64,000 nt of DNA from Psammoneis japonica (lineage: Eukaryota). The stretch covers positions 248,001 to 312,000 of the forward strand of contig QPGO01000068.1 in the NCBI GenBank assembly GCA_008632985.1, written 5' to 3'. The notes under the pieces were generated by a model. It was given only the letters and a program-made list of their open reading frames with translations. It was not told the origin of the DNA and did no database searches. The position numbers were made by a program, and so were the translations under genes. Positions 49,901-62,700 of the stretch are shown here, piece by piece. Within the stretch, counting starts at the first letter, position 1. The number at the start of each line of letters is the position of its first letter.

Positions 49901-50034
49901 GTCGGCGACCATGTTCGATGACGGCGAGAGCCAAGAATCTCATGCAACAGTTCGAGGGCAGCTTCAGACTGCCCTATGCTCTCCAATTCGAGGGCTCGTC
50001 GCAAAGCCAACTCGGGCTTGTGAAACAGAGACAT
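46958..50034 (-). CDS. EIF3A: Translation initiation factor 3 subunit A; exons 50034-49345 and 49243-46958
   Basis: KPELALRRALEL, AKDGLHQYRN, KFLWETYR, EFRRLCDMLRMHL, HLQTRFAQL, PCI region, E/K/R coiled coil, KYVPPSRR and an RD/G-rich tail. Confidence 0.96.
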
Positions 50035-50675
50035 GAGGAGAATCTATCAGTCCGTCGTCGTCAGCACCTTTTCTTTCTTTTTCTCAGGGTTTGATTTCCA
50101 CTTTTGAGCTTGTTGTGTCTCGTTTCTACCTTCTAATTTTTCTAGAGCGGTAAGGCAGAGTATATGTTGCTAAATAGCAAGACAGATACAACGCAAATAG
50201 CGGTGCAACAAGAACAACAACCCCAACGCGGACTTTTTGGATGTTGGAGACTGGAGACGTGCTTCCAACATGTTGCTGCGAGGCCCATAACCTGATGAAG
50301 AGAACGTGCGGCCATCGCGAGCCTCTGACTTGCGGGCGCATGACAGGCACTCTTCGGAGGCCGAATATATAATAACCTCTACTCTAGCTACTACCTCTAG
50401 CTAGAGAGTGGTCTACTGTACTATAACATATCGAACCTAACCTTGAACCTAAAGTAACCTTAGTCTCTACTAGCTAGCCCAGCTTCTATCCTTCTCTCGA
50501 GTTTACGTAATTCAAAGTAGCTAGCTCTATTAGTGCTAGCCAGGTCCTAGCTAGTAGATGATATTTGAGTCCCTCTCATCTTTAAGCACGCCGTTCTTCT
50601 CATCTGAGTCCCACCTCATCTCGCGACTCCGCCAACGGCAACGAAAGCTGTCTGCTCCTTTTAGGTTAAGTTGCA

Positions 50676-51140
50676 GTGATGTCATTTTCATGCGACGCAG
50701 CCTCTAGAGGTCCTAAATCGACTCCCCAGTCGATTATGCCGACACGACTTCCAACACCCAGTGCTGCACTTCCATCTCCAACTCCAAGCCCTCCTTTTTC
50801 TTCCAGTGTCATTTCAGACGCAAAAGTCCAAGCCCCTGGACACTCTTTCCTCCTACACCAAATAATCCCACCCCATCTACGCCACCAAAATTATATCCAA
50901 CTCCAGTCCCAACTTCCCGCCAACGCTACGTCCGACAAGGCCTCCGACGCCGAATCCAACACTTCTCAGACCCTTCCATATCGAGTCGTCCAGAAATTGC
51001 CGGAAAATGACTTTGATAAGGACGTAATCAAAATCGACAACAGCACTAAGTTTTCCGCTGTTCTCTCGGGTGTCTCCAGATCTTCTAACACGCGACACAA
51101 CACCACATTCAGGGATGGGACGAGACTGCGCGGCTTGTGA
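50676..51140 (+). CDS. Possible hypothetical Ser/Pro-rich protein or fragment
   Basis: 154-codon ORF in normal-composition DNA; no recognisable domain. Confidence 0.25.
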   Translation: MMSFSCDAASRGPKSTPQSIMPTRLPTPSAALPSPTPSPPFSSSVISDAKVQAPGHSFLLHQIIPPHLRHQNYIQLQSQLPANATSDKASDAESNTSQTLPYRVVQKLPENDFDKDVIKIDNSTKFSAVLSGVSRSSNTRHNTTFRDGTRLRGL

Positions 51141-51412
51141 TGTGCGAATCGCTTCTAATGTGCCGACTCTTTGGTGTTCGCAGCGACACCGAGAAGTGTA
51201 ACTTCGGTCTTGTCGCCTTTGATGAAAATAGATAAAATGTTGAAAACACCTCCAATACTGTTGACATTCCAGATCAGCTGAGTTCCAATTTGAAGTTCTT
51301 GCTGGGACGACGAGTTGACAGCACATCAAAATTTTCATTAAAGTAAGCTCAGCAAATTCCAATGTATCAGAACCAGTGCATTCTCTAGCTTCTCACTGGA
51401 TAAAGCGGGACC

Positions 51413-52516
51413 TTACGATCGAGAGAGACTCCGGTACCGACCAGCACGGTCAGGATCCAACCTTGCGACGCGCTCCAAACAAATCTCGGCCTTGGCTTGA
51501 TGGTCATGCCCACTATCATCTACATCTGCCATTTGGTCATGAATAAAGTGTAACGCCAGTAGGCCCCATTTGCATTTACCGTCTTCTGTTTCAATCAAGT
51601 CCTGAATAACGTCGACCTCTTCCTTCAGAATCTTGACGTAGTCTTGGGTTTGACAAGAGCCACGGTACTCGAGAAGGAGGAAGCGTAAATACCACCATGG
51701 CGTTTGATCATCTGGCTCAGTAAAGATAGCATTGTGCACCACTTCCAGCTCTTCTTGAATAATATCTGGAGAATCTTTCATGAGAAGTGGAAGCAGTTTT
51801 GATTTGTAATGAAAGGCGGACCCGTTGGAGAAGTTATCCTGTATCTTGGCATTTGAAAAGTCCCATTCCTGCTTTAGCAGACTATCCATGTCAGATTGCT
51901 TCAGAAGAATGGATGAGGTGGGCGTTGCACTGATAAGCTGTGGTCCCATTAGAGTTCCAGTCTTTTGATGCGACTCATCGATGCAAGTCCAGTTCCATGA
52001 TCCATCCAGTGGCATGACATCATTCTCACCACGAACTCTCTTACAGTATGCCATTGCAGAGATGATGAAGCGGCGGTAGTTCCAGCAATGAAAGTTACGT
52101 TCATCATAGTTGAGGAAGACTGCCACGAGGTCAAGTTCCTTTTCAAGTACCTGAAGAGACTCTTCAACCATGACGTGCTGCTGAATACTCCATTTCCTAT
52201 GAAACCAAGCTCCATAAGATTTGGGATTTCGCTCCAAGCATGCCTGCGTCAGGGACAACTCTGTCGCAATGTCTATCGTTCCGTTCAATAAATCACGACG
52301 GATATTCCATAAGTATGTGGGATCGGGGTTGACTTGAAGTAACTTGGCAACAAGAAGAAGCGTCTGCTTCGTGTCGTCGTCGTTCAGCTTCTGGCTCTTC
52401 ACCTTAAGAACTTTCTGGCTTAGAGTATTCCACTGCAGCGCTTTCTGCTCAAGCCCAGCAGATACCTTTGGATCCAACAAGCGTGCCTTGTATTCGCTGC
52501 GTTTACGACCGTGCAT
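51413..52516 (-). CDS. RABGGTA: Rab geranylgeranyltransferase (type II) alpha subunit
   Basis: MHGRKR start; prenyltransferase repeats NPD..WNIRR, NPKSYGAWFHRKW, DERNFHCWNYRR, NFSNGSAFHY, FTEPDDQTPWWY; LDPDRAGRY. Confidence 0.95.
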   Translation of the reverse strand: MHGRKRSEYKARLLDPKVSAGLEQKALQWNTLSQKVLKVKSQKLNDDDTKQTLLLVAKLLQVNPDPTYLWNIRRDLLNGTIDIATELSLTQACLERNPKSYGAWFHRKWSIQQHVMVEESLQVLEKELDLVAVFLNYDERNFHCWNYRRFIISAMAYCKRVRGENDVMPLDGSWNWTCIDESHQKTGTLMGPQLISATPTSSILLKQSDMDSLLKQEWDFSNAKIQDNFSNGSAFHYKSKLLPLLMKDSPDIIQEELEVVHNAIFTEPDDQTPWWYLRFLLLEYRGSCQTQDYVKILKEEVDVIQDLIETEDGKCKWGLLALHFIHDQMADVDDSGHDHQAKAEICLERVARLDPDRAGRYRSLSRS

Positions 52517-53310
52517 CTTTGCTTCTCTAGTAGAATAATCCCTTGAATGTGGTTGTGGGTTCGGGGCTTTGGGGCTTAGGGGCTTTGGGGCCTTTGCTGC
52601 GCTGGCTAGCTGGGGAGTGGGACAGGAGCGAGAAATTCGGACAGGCGCACAAGTGGATGAGTGTGCTCTTCTTGTCTATCTTGCTCTGGACATTGTTGAC
52701 GATGCTGTGACGATCTACGTCATCAGGTGTTGCCACCACAGCAATGCCACAATGCTGCAGAGGATGTTTGTGTCTGTTGCCATCATTTTGAACAAATGTC
52801 ACATTGTCTCCAGGCTGGACACTCCAACAAAGCAAAAAAGTTTTGACAAGTTGGTGCTCTGCTGCACACAGCAAATTGCAGTCTTTGCCCTGTCCGTTGA
52901 TGGAGACATTGCACCCACCAAACTCACTCTCCAAGCCAGCCTCCTGGTTCCACAAGCAAGCAAGATTTGGAGCAGCTTGAAGAGCTGGGCCCAACATGTT
53001 CTCAAGAACCACAAGCTGGGGCATCTGCTCGTCTTTGAACAAAAGATGTCGCTGCAGCAGTGCAAGAAGCTGGAGAGTTTTTGTGAGGCTCCAATGATTT
53101 CCTGAACAGCTTTGGTGCATTTTTGGTTGCTTGCCCTCCAGTCTCACCAGGGAACAACAAGAACAAAGCAGCAGCAGAGAGCGGCCACTGCGCAGCAACC
53201 CACCTGGAAACATTGGAGAGGGCAAGAGGGTTTGTCAGAGGATGGAGATGTCAAGAAGACAACAAACAGAGACTTGAGCAGCCCACTGCAGCAGCCAACA
53301 TGCCACTTCC

Positions 53311-56300
53311 TGACAGACATCCAAGATGGAGAGTGCACTCCCTTGTGTTGGACAGACTGGCACAGACAGCATGGAGAGATCCGATGATCTCTCCTTTGCG
53401 CTCACTTTCTTTCTCATCTAGCACACAATTGTCATCTGTCCCAGACATCCATTGGATTGTCCCTCACACTGGCAGTCTGTAAGGTTGTGAGCAACAGTGC
53501 GCTGTTTATCTTCCTCTGTGCTGCTCTGTTGCAAAGCCTGTTGTGTGATTTGGTGATTTTTCTTCGTTGAAATCGTCATCATTGTCACAGCCATTTTTTC
53601 ACCTCTTGATTTGTGATCAAACGACCACCGTAGAACACATGCCAGAGCTCTGTGTAGAAATTTGATTTTTTTCCCATGCAACCATGGTGAACAAAAATCA
53701 AATGCCATCCATTTGACCATGATAAAGTCAACACTGGTTGAATTCAATCCACATGATCGCTTGCCCGATGCACACCTTTTCCTGAATGCCCTTTGTTTGG
53801 ACAAGATCCCTGCTCCTGAAGATCTTCTGGATGGATTTGCTCCTCAGGGCCTCAAGCGTGACGCTCTTGCAACTCTCTGTCATGAGATTGTTCAAGACCT
53901 TGTCATTCCCCAAGCTGCGCTGACTGAAGATCTTGCGCGCATTGGATTGCTCACAGACAAGGCTCCCCTCTTTGTGGCTGCTCCTCAAGGCTCTCAGGTT
54001 TGCCTGAATCTTGCCAATCTTCAGAAGACTGTGATCAAGGCAATCTTGGAAGGTCATGATGCCACACAATGACACATGTTGGGACTCTTTGTCGCCATTT
54101 TCGTCCTGGTTTCCAGTGTCAGGATTGTTGGGATGACATCTCTGATGCTCCGCATCCAAGAAACTTGACGCCTGCTTCAAGTTCTGCATCTCCACCAGCT
54201 GCTGCTGCGGGGCCTGCACCTGAAGACTTTTGCCAAGGCCTTGGCCACCCATTCACCTGGTCCAAAACAGTTTGAACAGGCCATGACTGACATGTTGAAG
54301 ATGTCTGCTCCTCCTGCACCATCTCCTGCACCTTCTGCCATGACCACTGCTGCGGCCTCTTCCTCAACTGCCGCCAGTGCCATGCACACCTTGATCCAAA
54401 AGGACTTCCAAAGGATGCACCAGCTTGCTGCCAACACAAAGAAACTGGAAAAGCAGTGTCAGGGAAGTCACTGGCACCCTGCAAGTCTGGAAACCTTTGC
54501 CATGAAGATGGCGCCGAACATCTCATCCTCACTGATGGCTCCCTCTTTGTCCATTGCATTGATTGGGATGCCAAGTCCTTTCTTCATGACCCTCTCACTT
54601 GCGACGATGTCTCTCCTCAAGGAATCTGTGCATGGTGTGCTGCTGCAATCCAACAAGCCTTGGCTTGTGGCACACACATGCACCCCCTGTGGTGATTCAT
54701 CAAGGATGGTGGAAATTGGGGCTTCACAAGTGGCAATGATCCAACAGATGATCTCCAACTTTGGATGCGAGCACCACTTGGCTGGTCGAATGAAGTTGAC
54801 TGTCTTTCAGCACATCCAGAAGGTTGGAATTTTTCTGGCTGACTCCAAGTGCCCTGACATTGTTCATCAGTGCCATGGAGATGGATGTGCTGCCATCAAG
54901 ATGATCCTTTTCAACATCCTGCTGATTTGGACAAAGCGTCCATGTGAATTGATCAAGAGCTGCCCGCACCAAAACAATCTTACAATTCTTAGCTGCTGTG
55001 CTCTCTTCAGAGACTTCGTCCAGCTGCGGGCAATCATCTCCAATGTTGATGCCTCTCTTGATGACTCTGGTGAGCTGGACATTTTTCTTGGCAATGCCCA
55101 CTGTGGAGAGCACCTGCACCGAAAAACAGTGGACACCCATGAAGACGAGACCAAGCAACACAAGTTCTCTCAGAAGAAAATTGTTGAGACTGTTGGCACC
55201 ATCCTTGACGAACCAGACAGCCCTGCTCTTCGTGTCAAGGATCCTCCCAAGTGCCCTCCATGTCGTCTCCACAATCAGAACCCAGCCAATCCTCCTCTTG
55301 CAGCTCCTGTGTGAGCCCTTGACTTGCTGCCCAAAGATCAGGCATCTAATCCACCTCCAGTTGTTGAGGAGACTCCAATGGAAACTGAACCTCCCGGTGC
55401 AGAACAAGCCATGGATGCTGTGGAGTGCTTTGTAAATGAACTTGCTGCCATGGACATTCCTCCAGATGATGAAGCCCAGGCACTGCATGGTGTCTACAAG
55501 GCCTGCATCTACAGGATTGAGTCTTCACCTGCTGCTGCACAGACTCGCCCCTGTGTTGTTTGTGGTGAGGGCCACTTGTTCCATGAGTGTCCTGCATTGA
55601 ACAATGCTGAGCACCTGTGCACCCATCTCATCCAGTTCTCTCAGTTCCTTCAACGTGATCAATGTGCCTGAGATGCACTCATGTCTGAGAAGCCAAAGAA
55701 GGATTTTTCCTGGGGCTGTTGTTGCGTTTGGACGAACAATGCCACCCATCTCTCTCCAATCCAAAAACTCCTCCAAGCAGGGTAACTACAAAAGAGGGTC
55801 TAACCAACTCGTCACCTTCTGCTGAAACACCTCTTTCTCGTGTGTCAATTGCCAACCTTCTTTCGGATTCGACAAAGGCTGGCACTCGGATGTCAACACC
55901 ATTCCGGATGATGACCCTGACAGCACCAATCAGGGGAGGGAACCACCTTTGCACAAACCCTTTGTGCAAGAGACTGATGTCCCTCTGTCCACTGATCCAG
56001 ACCAAGATTTTGAATGCCTTGACATGACCACCAGCCAACATTTGTCGCCATTGAGTGCAGTGCATGTCTCCCCAATTTTTTCTCCGCTGGAATCACCTGC
56101 AACTTTTGAATTCTTGACTGCTCCTGTTGTTCCCATCAATCATGTGCTCCATGATTCAACAATCTGCCATGCACCAATTGATGCTGGTGCTTGGGCATCC
56201 TGCACAGGGGATGAGAACCTCCTTCATGATTGCACCCCATTTGGACTGGACAATCCCTGTCCTTTGAAGATGCTCCTTGCTGCTGAAGGATCTGATGCGG

Positions 56301-59300
56301 TCCCTCATGGCTTTGGCCATTTACAAGCACCCACAGAGAATGCTGAAGGCTTCCTTCTTGTGCACGCCTTTACCATCCAAGCCTGCATTCTACCCTGATT
56401 GATGAGTGCAATTTTGTGCGGGCTTCTGGTTTTAAACCAAAGGCCACTCACTCTGATCTTCTCAAGAAGATGCACGCTGATGGAACTTGCATGTGCACTG
56501 CTTCGACTGACACCCAAAAGGCAGTTGTCCATGGTGTCCTCCGACATGGCAAGGTTTTTACACAACCTCTGGTTCCCCTGTCTGTGACTGATGTCTCTTT
56601 GGCATCCACGACACTTGACCCAACCTCAGTTGATGACATTGATGGTGCATGCCAACGTGCAGTCTTTCATGTCAATGTTCAACAAACTCCATCTGACCCC
56701 CTGCTGATGGATGCTGAGTTGTTCTCAATGTAGTGTGGTTCGGTTGCACATGTCTTGCCACCATTGTCTGCTCCCACTCCGGTCTGCTTTCTCAAGGTTG
56801 AGACTGAATGTCTCCTGTGGCACCAGCAACTTGGACATCCCAGCGATCACTGTTTGCACAATGCTCACAAGTGTGTCAAAGGAGTCCTGAAGTTCCAACA
56901 TGCCAATCCAGTCCTTGACATTTGTCCTGCGTGTGTTCAGGCCAAGCAAGTCAAGACTCCCGCTGGACCAAATGCGACTCAAAAGGCAACTCAGCCACAC
57001 CAAGGCCTTGCTGTGGATTTTGCCTTTGCTGGTCAAGCTTCCAAGAACGAAGATTGCAAGTCTGACCATCTTGGATGCAGCGGTGAAATGTGTTGGATCA
57101 CTGTTTATGATCATCAAACACGTGTGCTCCATGGTGTTGCAAGGGTCTCTAAAGCCAGTCCTCTCAAGTGGCTTTGCCAATTCTTGGATCAACATTTGCT
57201 GAATTGTCGTGACAAACATGCATTTGTGGACCAAGGTGGGGAACTGTGCAAGAATCCCAAAGTTTGTGACCTCTTTGAACAAGAATTCTAGTGTGACACA
57301 TGTCCTTCTGGCGCTGGTGCATCCAACCGATGTGGCCCTGTTGAACGCTCACGTTCAACTGTCAAGAACGCGATTTGTGCAATTTTAATTGGTGCCAACC
57401 TCCCGATCAGATTCTGGCCCCATGCTTTTTGCCATTGCCTCTGCATCAAGAATGCTGCTCCTGCAAAAGATCAAGATGCATCCCCCATCACACTTGCCAC
57501 TGGAAAGGTCAAAGATTTTAGTGCCTTGAAGACTTTTGATGCCAAGTGTGGTCAAAATGCTCTGCTGCTTGTTCTGCTGCATTCCGGACAAATTCAAAGA
57601 AGTGTGTCTTCCTTGGCTGTCTGCTGAACACCCTGAAGAATGTTCTGTGGTGGGATCCAGAGACTGACAAAGTCAAGACAGCCAAGCATGTGGGCCATGA
57701 TGAAGCTGTGAATGATCTGTTTTTGGATCAACTTCCTCCGAATGCTGCCCATTTGCAATGCGTGGAAAATGGTCAGCCTTTTCCGGCTGAAACACAGGAC
57801 ACAACCGTGCCAATGTTTGCTTCTTTGTCAAACCCTTTGGCTGCGACTGTTGCTTGTGCCATGAAACGACCTCCCAAGGACCCCACCCATGGCTTTGGAT
57901 TCTCCCAGTGTGTGCCAATGGATTGTGTCTGCATGTCAGAAATCAAGCAGCGCAGTCCTGCCACCTCCTTGTTCTCCTCCCTCCTTGCTGCTCGAAACAA
58001 GATCATGGATGCATGTGTCATCTCTGTCAATGAGCATGAAGTCTTTACACCACAGGATGCTGAAGAAGCATTGTCTCAGGTCTTCCATGATGAAGTTCTG
58101 ACTTTCAAGATTGCCTTTGCAATGGAAAGACGTTTGGACTCCTGAACTCTTGACAAAGCATTTGAGGAAGTGGAGTCATTTGAGCCTGATTCCATGGAGA
58201 ATGACTCCCACGCACCTGAACTCACCTTGGAGGATGTGCGATGTGTTGCAGCTGTTCTCCATCCCAATGATGATTTCTCTGATGAGGCTGTCCCAACGGA
58301 TTTTTTTTATGCCCACCCAATGCGATTGGTTCCCGCTCTCTCACTCCGGAAGAGGCTGCTCTTGACCGTCTCACACCCGTGCCAAGCTCCATAAACTTGA
58401 CACATGGCCTGAATGGGAAGAAGGAGAGAAGTGTCAATTGGACCAATTTTGTGCACTTGGCATGCATGGACCTCCTCAACTGCATCCCCCTGGAGCGAAT
58501 GTCATGCGTCTGCATTGGGACTGCATGGCAAAGCCAGATGGACAACGCCGTTCCAGGCAATGTGGAGATGGATCCAAGTCGGCCATGCCAGCATTGCATG
58601 AGCTGACTTCCACCTGTTCATCGTGTGTGGAACATTCCATTAAAAAGATGTTCTTTGCTCTCAGTGCAGCTGTGTCCTGTCATGTCTTTGGTGGTGACAC
58701 CCGGGATGCCTGTGCTCATTCCCCTGGTCCTTCACAACCAGTTTTCATTGCCATTGATGACGCACATGCTGCGTGGTGTGAAAAACGTTTTGGCAAGAAA
58801 GTGCCCTGCCATTGTGTCCTCCTGCTCAAGCATGCTCTCCAAGGCCATCTTGAAGCTGGCGTCTCATGGGAAAAGCATGTCAACTTGATGCTGACGGGTG
58901 TGAAACTTCTTTTCTGCAATGCTGCTCATGACAAGTGCATCTGCTCTGGTGAATGTGATGGTGTCAAAGTCCTCTTGCTCCACCAAGTCAATGATTTTGC
59001 ACTTGCTTGTCCCTCCAAGAAGATTGCAAAAGAGATCTGTAACCATGTTGGAAAGGCTCTTCAGATGGAGAATGAGGACACCCCCCATTCAAGCATCTGG
59101 GTTTGGTCACTGAGTTCAATGGCATTGATGTCATCCAAAATGATGATTCCATCATGATTGATGTTGCCGGTCATCTGGACCACATCTTCAAGACCCACAG
59201 ATGGAATGCTCTCGCTGCGAATGAATTGGAAAATGATTTCAAGGCTGCACCTGCACCGGTCAATTGCACTCCTGATCTGTGTGCCACTGAAGGCCCAGCA

Positions 59301-60407
59301 GAGGGCACTCCCAAGTGTGATGCTCTCTCTGAGTCCCAAGGTTTCTCCTGTCATTCTGTCCTGGGTGAGTTGGTCTTTGCTTGTTCGTGTTGTTGCTTGG
59401 ATGTTGGTTGTCCTGTTGTCACTTTGTTTAAGTTCTCCAAGGCTCCAGCTTAAGTTCATTGTGATTCCCTCAAGTGCATGGCCAAGCATTTGTGGCGCAC
59501 CAAGCATTGGGGTTTGACGCGCAAGAAGGCCAAGTGTGATGCCGGTCTCCCTCCCAATGACTTTGAATGGCTTGAGGATGATCCATCTCTCCCCAACTTC
59601 CCTTGTGCTGATGATCTTTTTCAACTCCTTGGTTTCATTGATGTGGCTCATGCCGGTGAACTTTGGCATCAGCGGTCTGCCACTGGACATGCACATGTCC
59701 TTGCCGGTGCTGCAATTGATTGCTGTTGTCGCACCCAGACCATTGCAGCTGCCAATTCAACAGAGGCCAAATTTCTTGCAACCATCACTGGTGCCAAGCA
59801 GACTCTGCATCTTCGAATGGTTCTCAAAGAGCTGGGCTTTCCCCAACATGATCCTGCTCCCTTGCACATTGAAAATTCTTCTGCCATCCAGATGATCGAC
59901 AACAAGGTGCCTGCAGAGTGATCTCGCCACATTGACATTCAACATTTTGCAATCCAAGACTGGTGTGATGTGGGCAAAATTGTCGCTCAACACATTCCGG
60001 GTGTCATCAACCCTGCTGATGTCTTGACCAAGGCAGCGGGCTCGACACTTCATTCTTGCCATGCTTGCCATTTGATGGGACACTGCGGTTGATTGTTGTC
60101 ATGTTTGTGGGTCAAGTCTTGGGTGTGTTTCTTTTTTCTGGTCCTCTCATTTGTTTTGCCATTCTGGTCCTCTTTTTTTCTTTGGATCGTCTCTTTCTTT
60201 CTTGATGAGCTTTTGCATTGCTCATCAGGGGAGGGTGACAGACATCCAAGATGGGGAGTGCACTCCCTTGTGTTGGACAGACTGGCACAGACAGCATGGA
60301 GAGATCCGATGATCTCTCCTTTGCTCACTTTCTTTCTCATCTAGAGGGCATGATTGTCATCTGTCCCAGACATCCGTTAGATTGTCCCTCATGCCAGCAG
60401 TCTGTAA
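53311..60407 (+). mobile_element. Full-length degenerate Ty1/Copia LTR retrotransposon; 172-bp LTRs 53311-53482 and 60236-60407; 5-bp TSD CTTCC
   Basis: CTTCC at 53306-53310 and 60408-60412; PBS-like GGTTGTGAGC at 53483; PPT AGGGGAGGG at 60227-60235; zinc knuckle CVVCGEGHLFHEC, LWHQQLGH, DQGGEL, HALQGH, QVNDF, NSTEAKF, RHIDI, NPADVLTK. Confidence 0.95.
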
Positions 60408-62189
60408 CTTCCTTCCAAATTCAATGTGCTTTGCCAGCCTTCCAGCAACCACCATGGTTGAAGAAGACCAGACATCCGCTGAGGCAGGCACGAGTGCACA
60501 GAGCACCCCCTCTCACTCTTTGTTTGGGCTCCAAAAGGACATGCACAGGAGCATGCATGGTTTTGCAATGTCTGTGGCATCTCTGAAAAGAGAAGGTCAT
60601 TAACTCTAACTTTTGTGGGACTTGGAACAGAGGCGTGCTTTGTGTTCTTGCTGAGTCTTCAACTCACCACATTGGACGGGCGAGACATTGTCACACTGGG
60701 TGACAAATCAAGAGTCGACTGTCCTGCACATGGTGTTGACAACCAAGGGGCATGTGGCCAACTTGGAATGCTCTGTTCAAAGAATGGTGAGTTCAGCAAG
60801 GTCCATTTTGGAGCAGTTCAAGAAAAAAGGGAAACCTGTTCAACCTGCACAAGCCAGCATGATTTTTCATCAGCGACATCATCAAAGTGAGATCCCATGC
60901 AAAGTGGACCTGTCAGAATGCGGGGCTCCTTGCAGCAGATCTCAAAGTGGTCAATGATTGGGTCACAGACCATTTGGTCAGTCCATGTGAAAGGAGCTCA
61001 GTGGAATGGAGTCACCATGCCTGCGTTGCCAAGTTCATGGAGTGCGTGCAAGATGTCACCATCACAAAACTTGCAGCATGAAAAATTTTGGCCCTGACTC
61101 CAACCCCGGCTTTGGGGCAAGCCTCAACTTTTCCACTTTTGGCTGTTTAACTTGACACAAAACTCAACTTTTTAACTTTGGGTTTGACTTTTGTGCCTGT
61201 GGCTTTCAAATCCCACCAAGCAGCCCTTGTTTTTCAAGGCACAATGCAGCTCATCCACATCATTAAATTCACACCGATGTTTTTCATCAATCATTTGCTG
61301 TGCAGCAGCCTTGATGTTTTCCTTGTCCTTGACATCCTTCAGCAAACTTAAAATGGCTCAAAAATTCAAATTGCCACCGACAAAGCAACAATGATTGGTC
61401 AATGTGGCATTGTGCAAGAATCCACCACTTGCGTTGAAGGTGGATGCACCATGCAAAATTTCTGCCAAATTTGAACATCGTCCTTGACAATGTGTCACAT
61501 GCCCTTGTGGGCTTTCAAGTGTGCTGCACCATTCAAAAAATTTATCGTGGTGTTGAGCAGCAGCCAGTTGGCAATGGCGTTGGAGCCATCCTTCACATTT
61601 TCAGTTTCTCTGTTTGGTGAAGCAACTTTGGTCACTCAACCATGCAGTGCTGCCATCTTCATCACCAACAACACCATTCCCATTCCTCTCATTGTGTCAA
61701 AAAGATGTTTGTGATGCAGTGCTGCCATCTTCATCACTGATGGTTCCATTCTCATTCCTCTCATTGTCAAAAAGATTTCTGTGAAAGCACATGTGCCACC
61801 ATTGTGCAGAAAGCTGCTCCCAAAACTGTGCACTGCCCCCCCCCCATCTTGGGACTGCCACTGGGCCACCTGCATGTCTCCAAACCACTGGCAGAGCTGT
61901 TTTCCATGACACCATAAAATCTGCACCTGGTTTTTGCTCTTTTGAAGAAGGTGCCAACTCCACTGCAATGAACACTCTGAAAATGACCTTCAACCATGTT
62001 GCCACTCTCAATGTCCAAGTGACCCTGGCCATGGGATTTGTGCTTGTGGCTGACCTTGCCACAGCACTTGCCACAGAGGCCATTGTCCAACCACTCTCCA
62101 CATCAGTGACAGTGAAGAAAATGGGCTTTGCTGTCTTGGCATCAGGTGGAAGGTTGTTCTTTGTGAACTCAGGAAGCAAAAAGGCCTGG

Positions 62190-62700
62190 GACAGGCAGAC
62201 ACATTCAAGCAGATGAGCTGACACAGATGAAGAACATCTTGAGGCAATGGCAGGCATGAGATTTTTCAACAGCACAGATCCAGGCTCTTGTGGGTTGTAG
62301 ACAATTGTTCAATCTTGGGTGGGAGCATTTCCAGCAATGGACAGAAGCTGGCATCAAGCTTGCAGAGACTGTGCATCTTGCCAATCTCAGGCAGATGTCT
62401 TGCGAGTTTCGTGCAGCTGACAAGACAGAGATCTGCAAGACCAGCCAAGCTGCCAATGCCAGGTGACAACATCTCAAGCAAACCACAACAGCTCACATTG
62501 AGAGTGCAAAGCTGCTTGAGCATTCCAGTCTCATTGGGGACCATTGTGAGCAACTTAGAAACAAAGGGCACAGCTTCTTGAGAGCTTTGCATGCACAGAT
62601 CTCAGAAGGCATGGACTTGAGCTGTTTTCAATCAAAAAGACCAAGGCAACAAAGCACCATGAGATGCTTCATGTCCAGCATCAAGGCTGTGATGTCCGCA
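62190..62700 (-). pseudogene. Hypermutated leucine-rich-repeat gene remnant
   Basis: VPNETGMLKQLCTLNVSCC, LSPGIGSLAGLADLCL, LPEIGKMHSLCKLDASFC, LPPKIEQL..KSLDL: 24-aa LRRs, with an in-frame stop. Confidence 0.7.
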
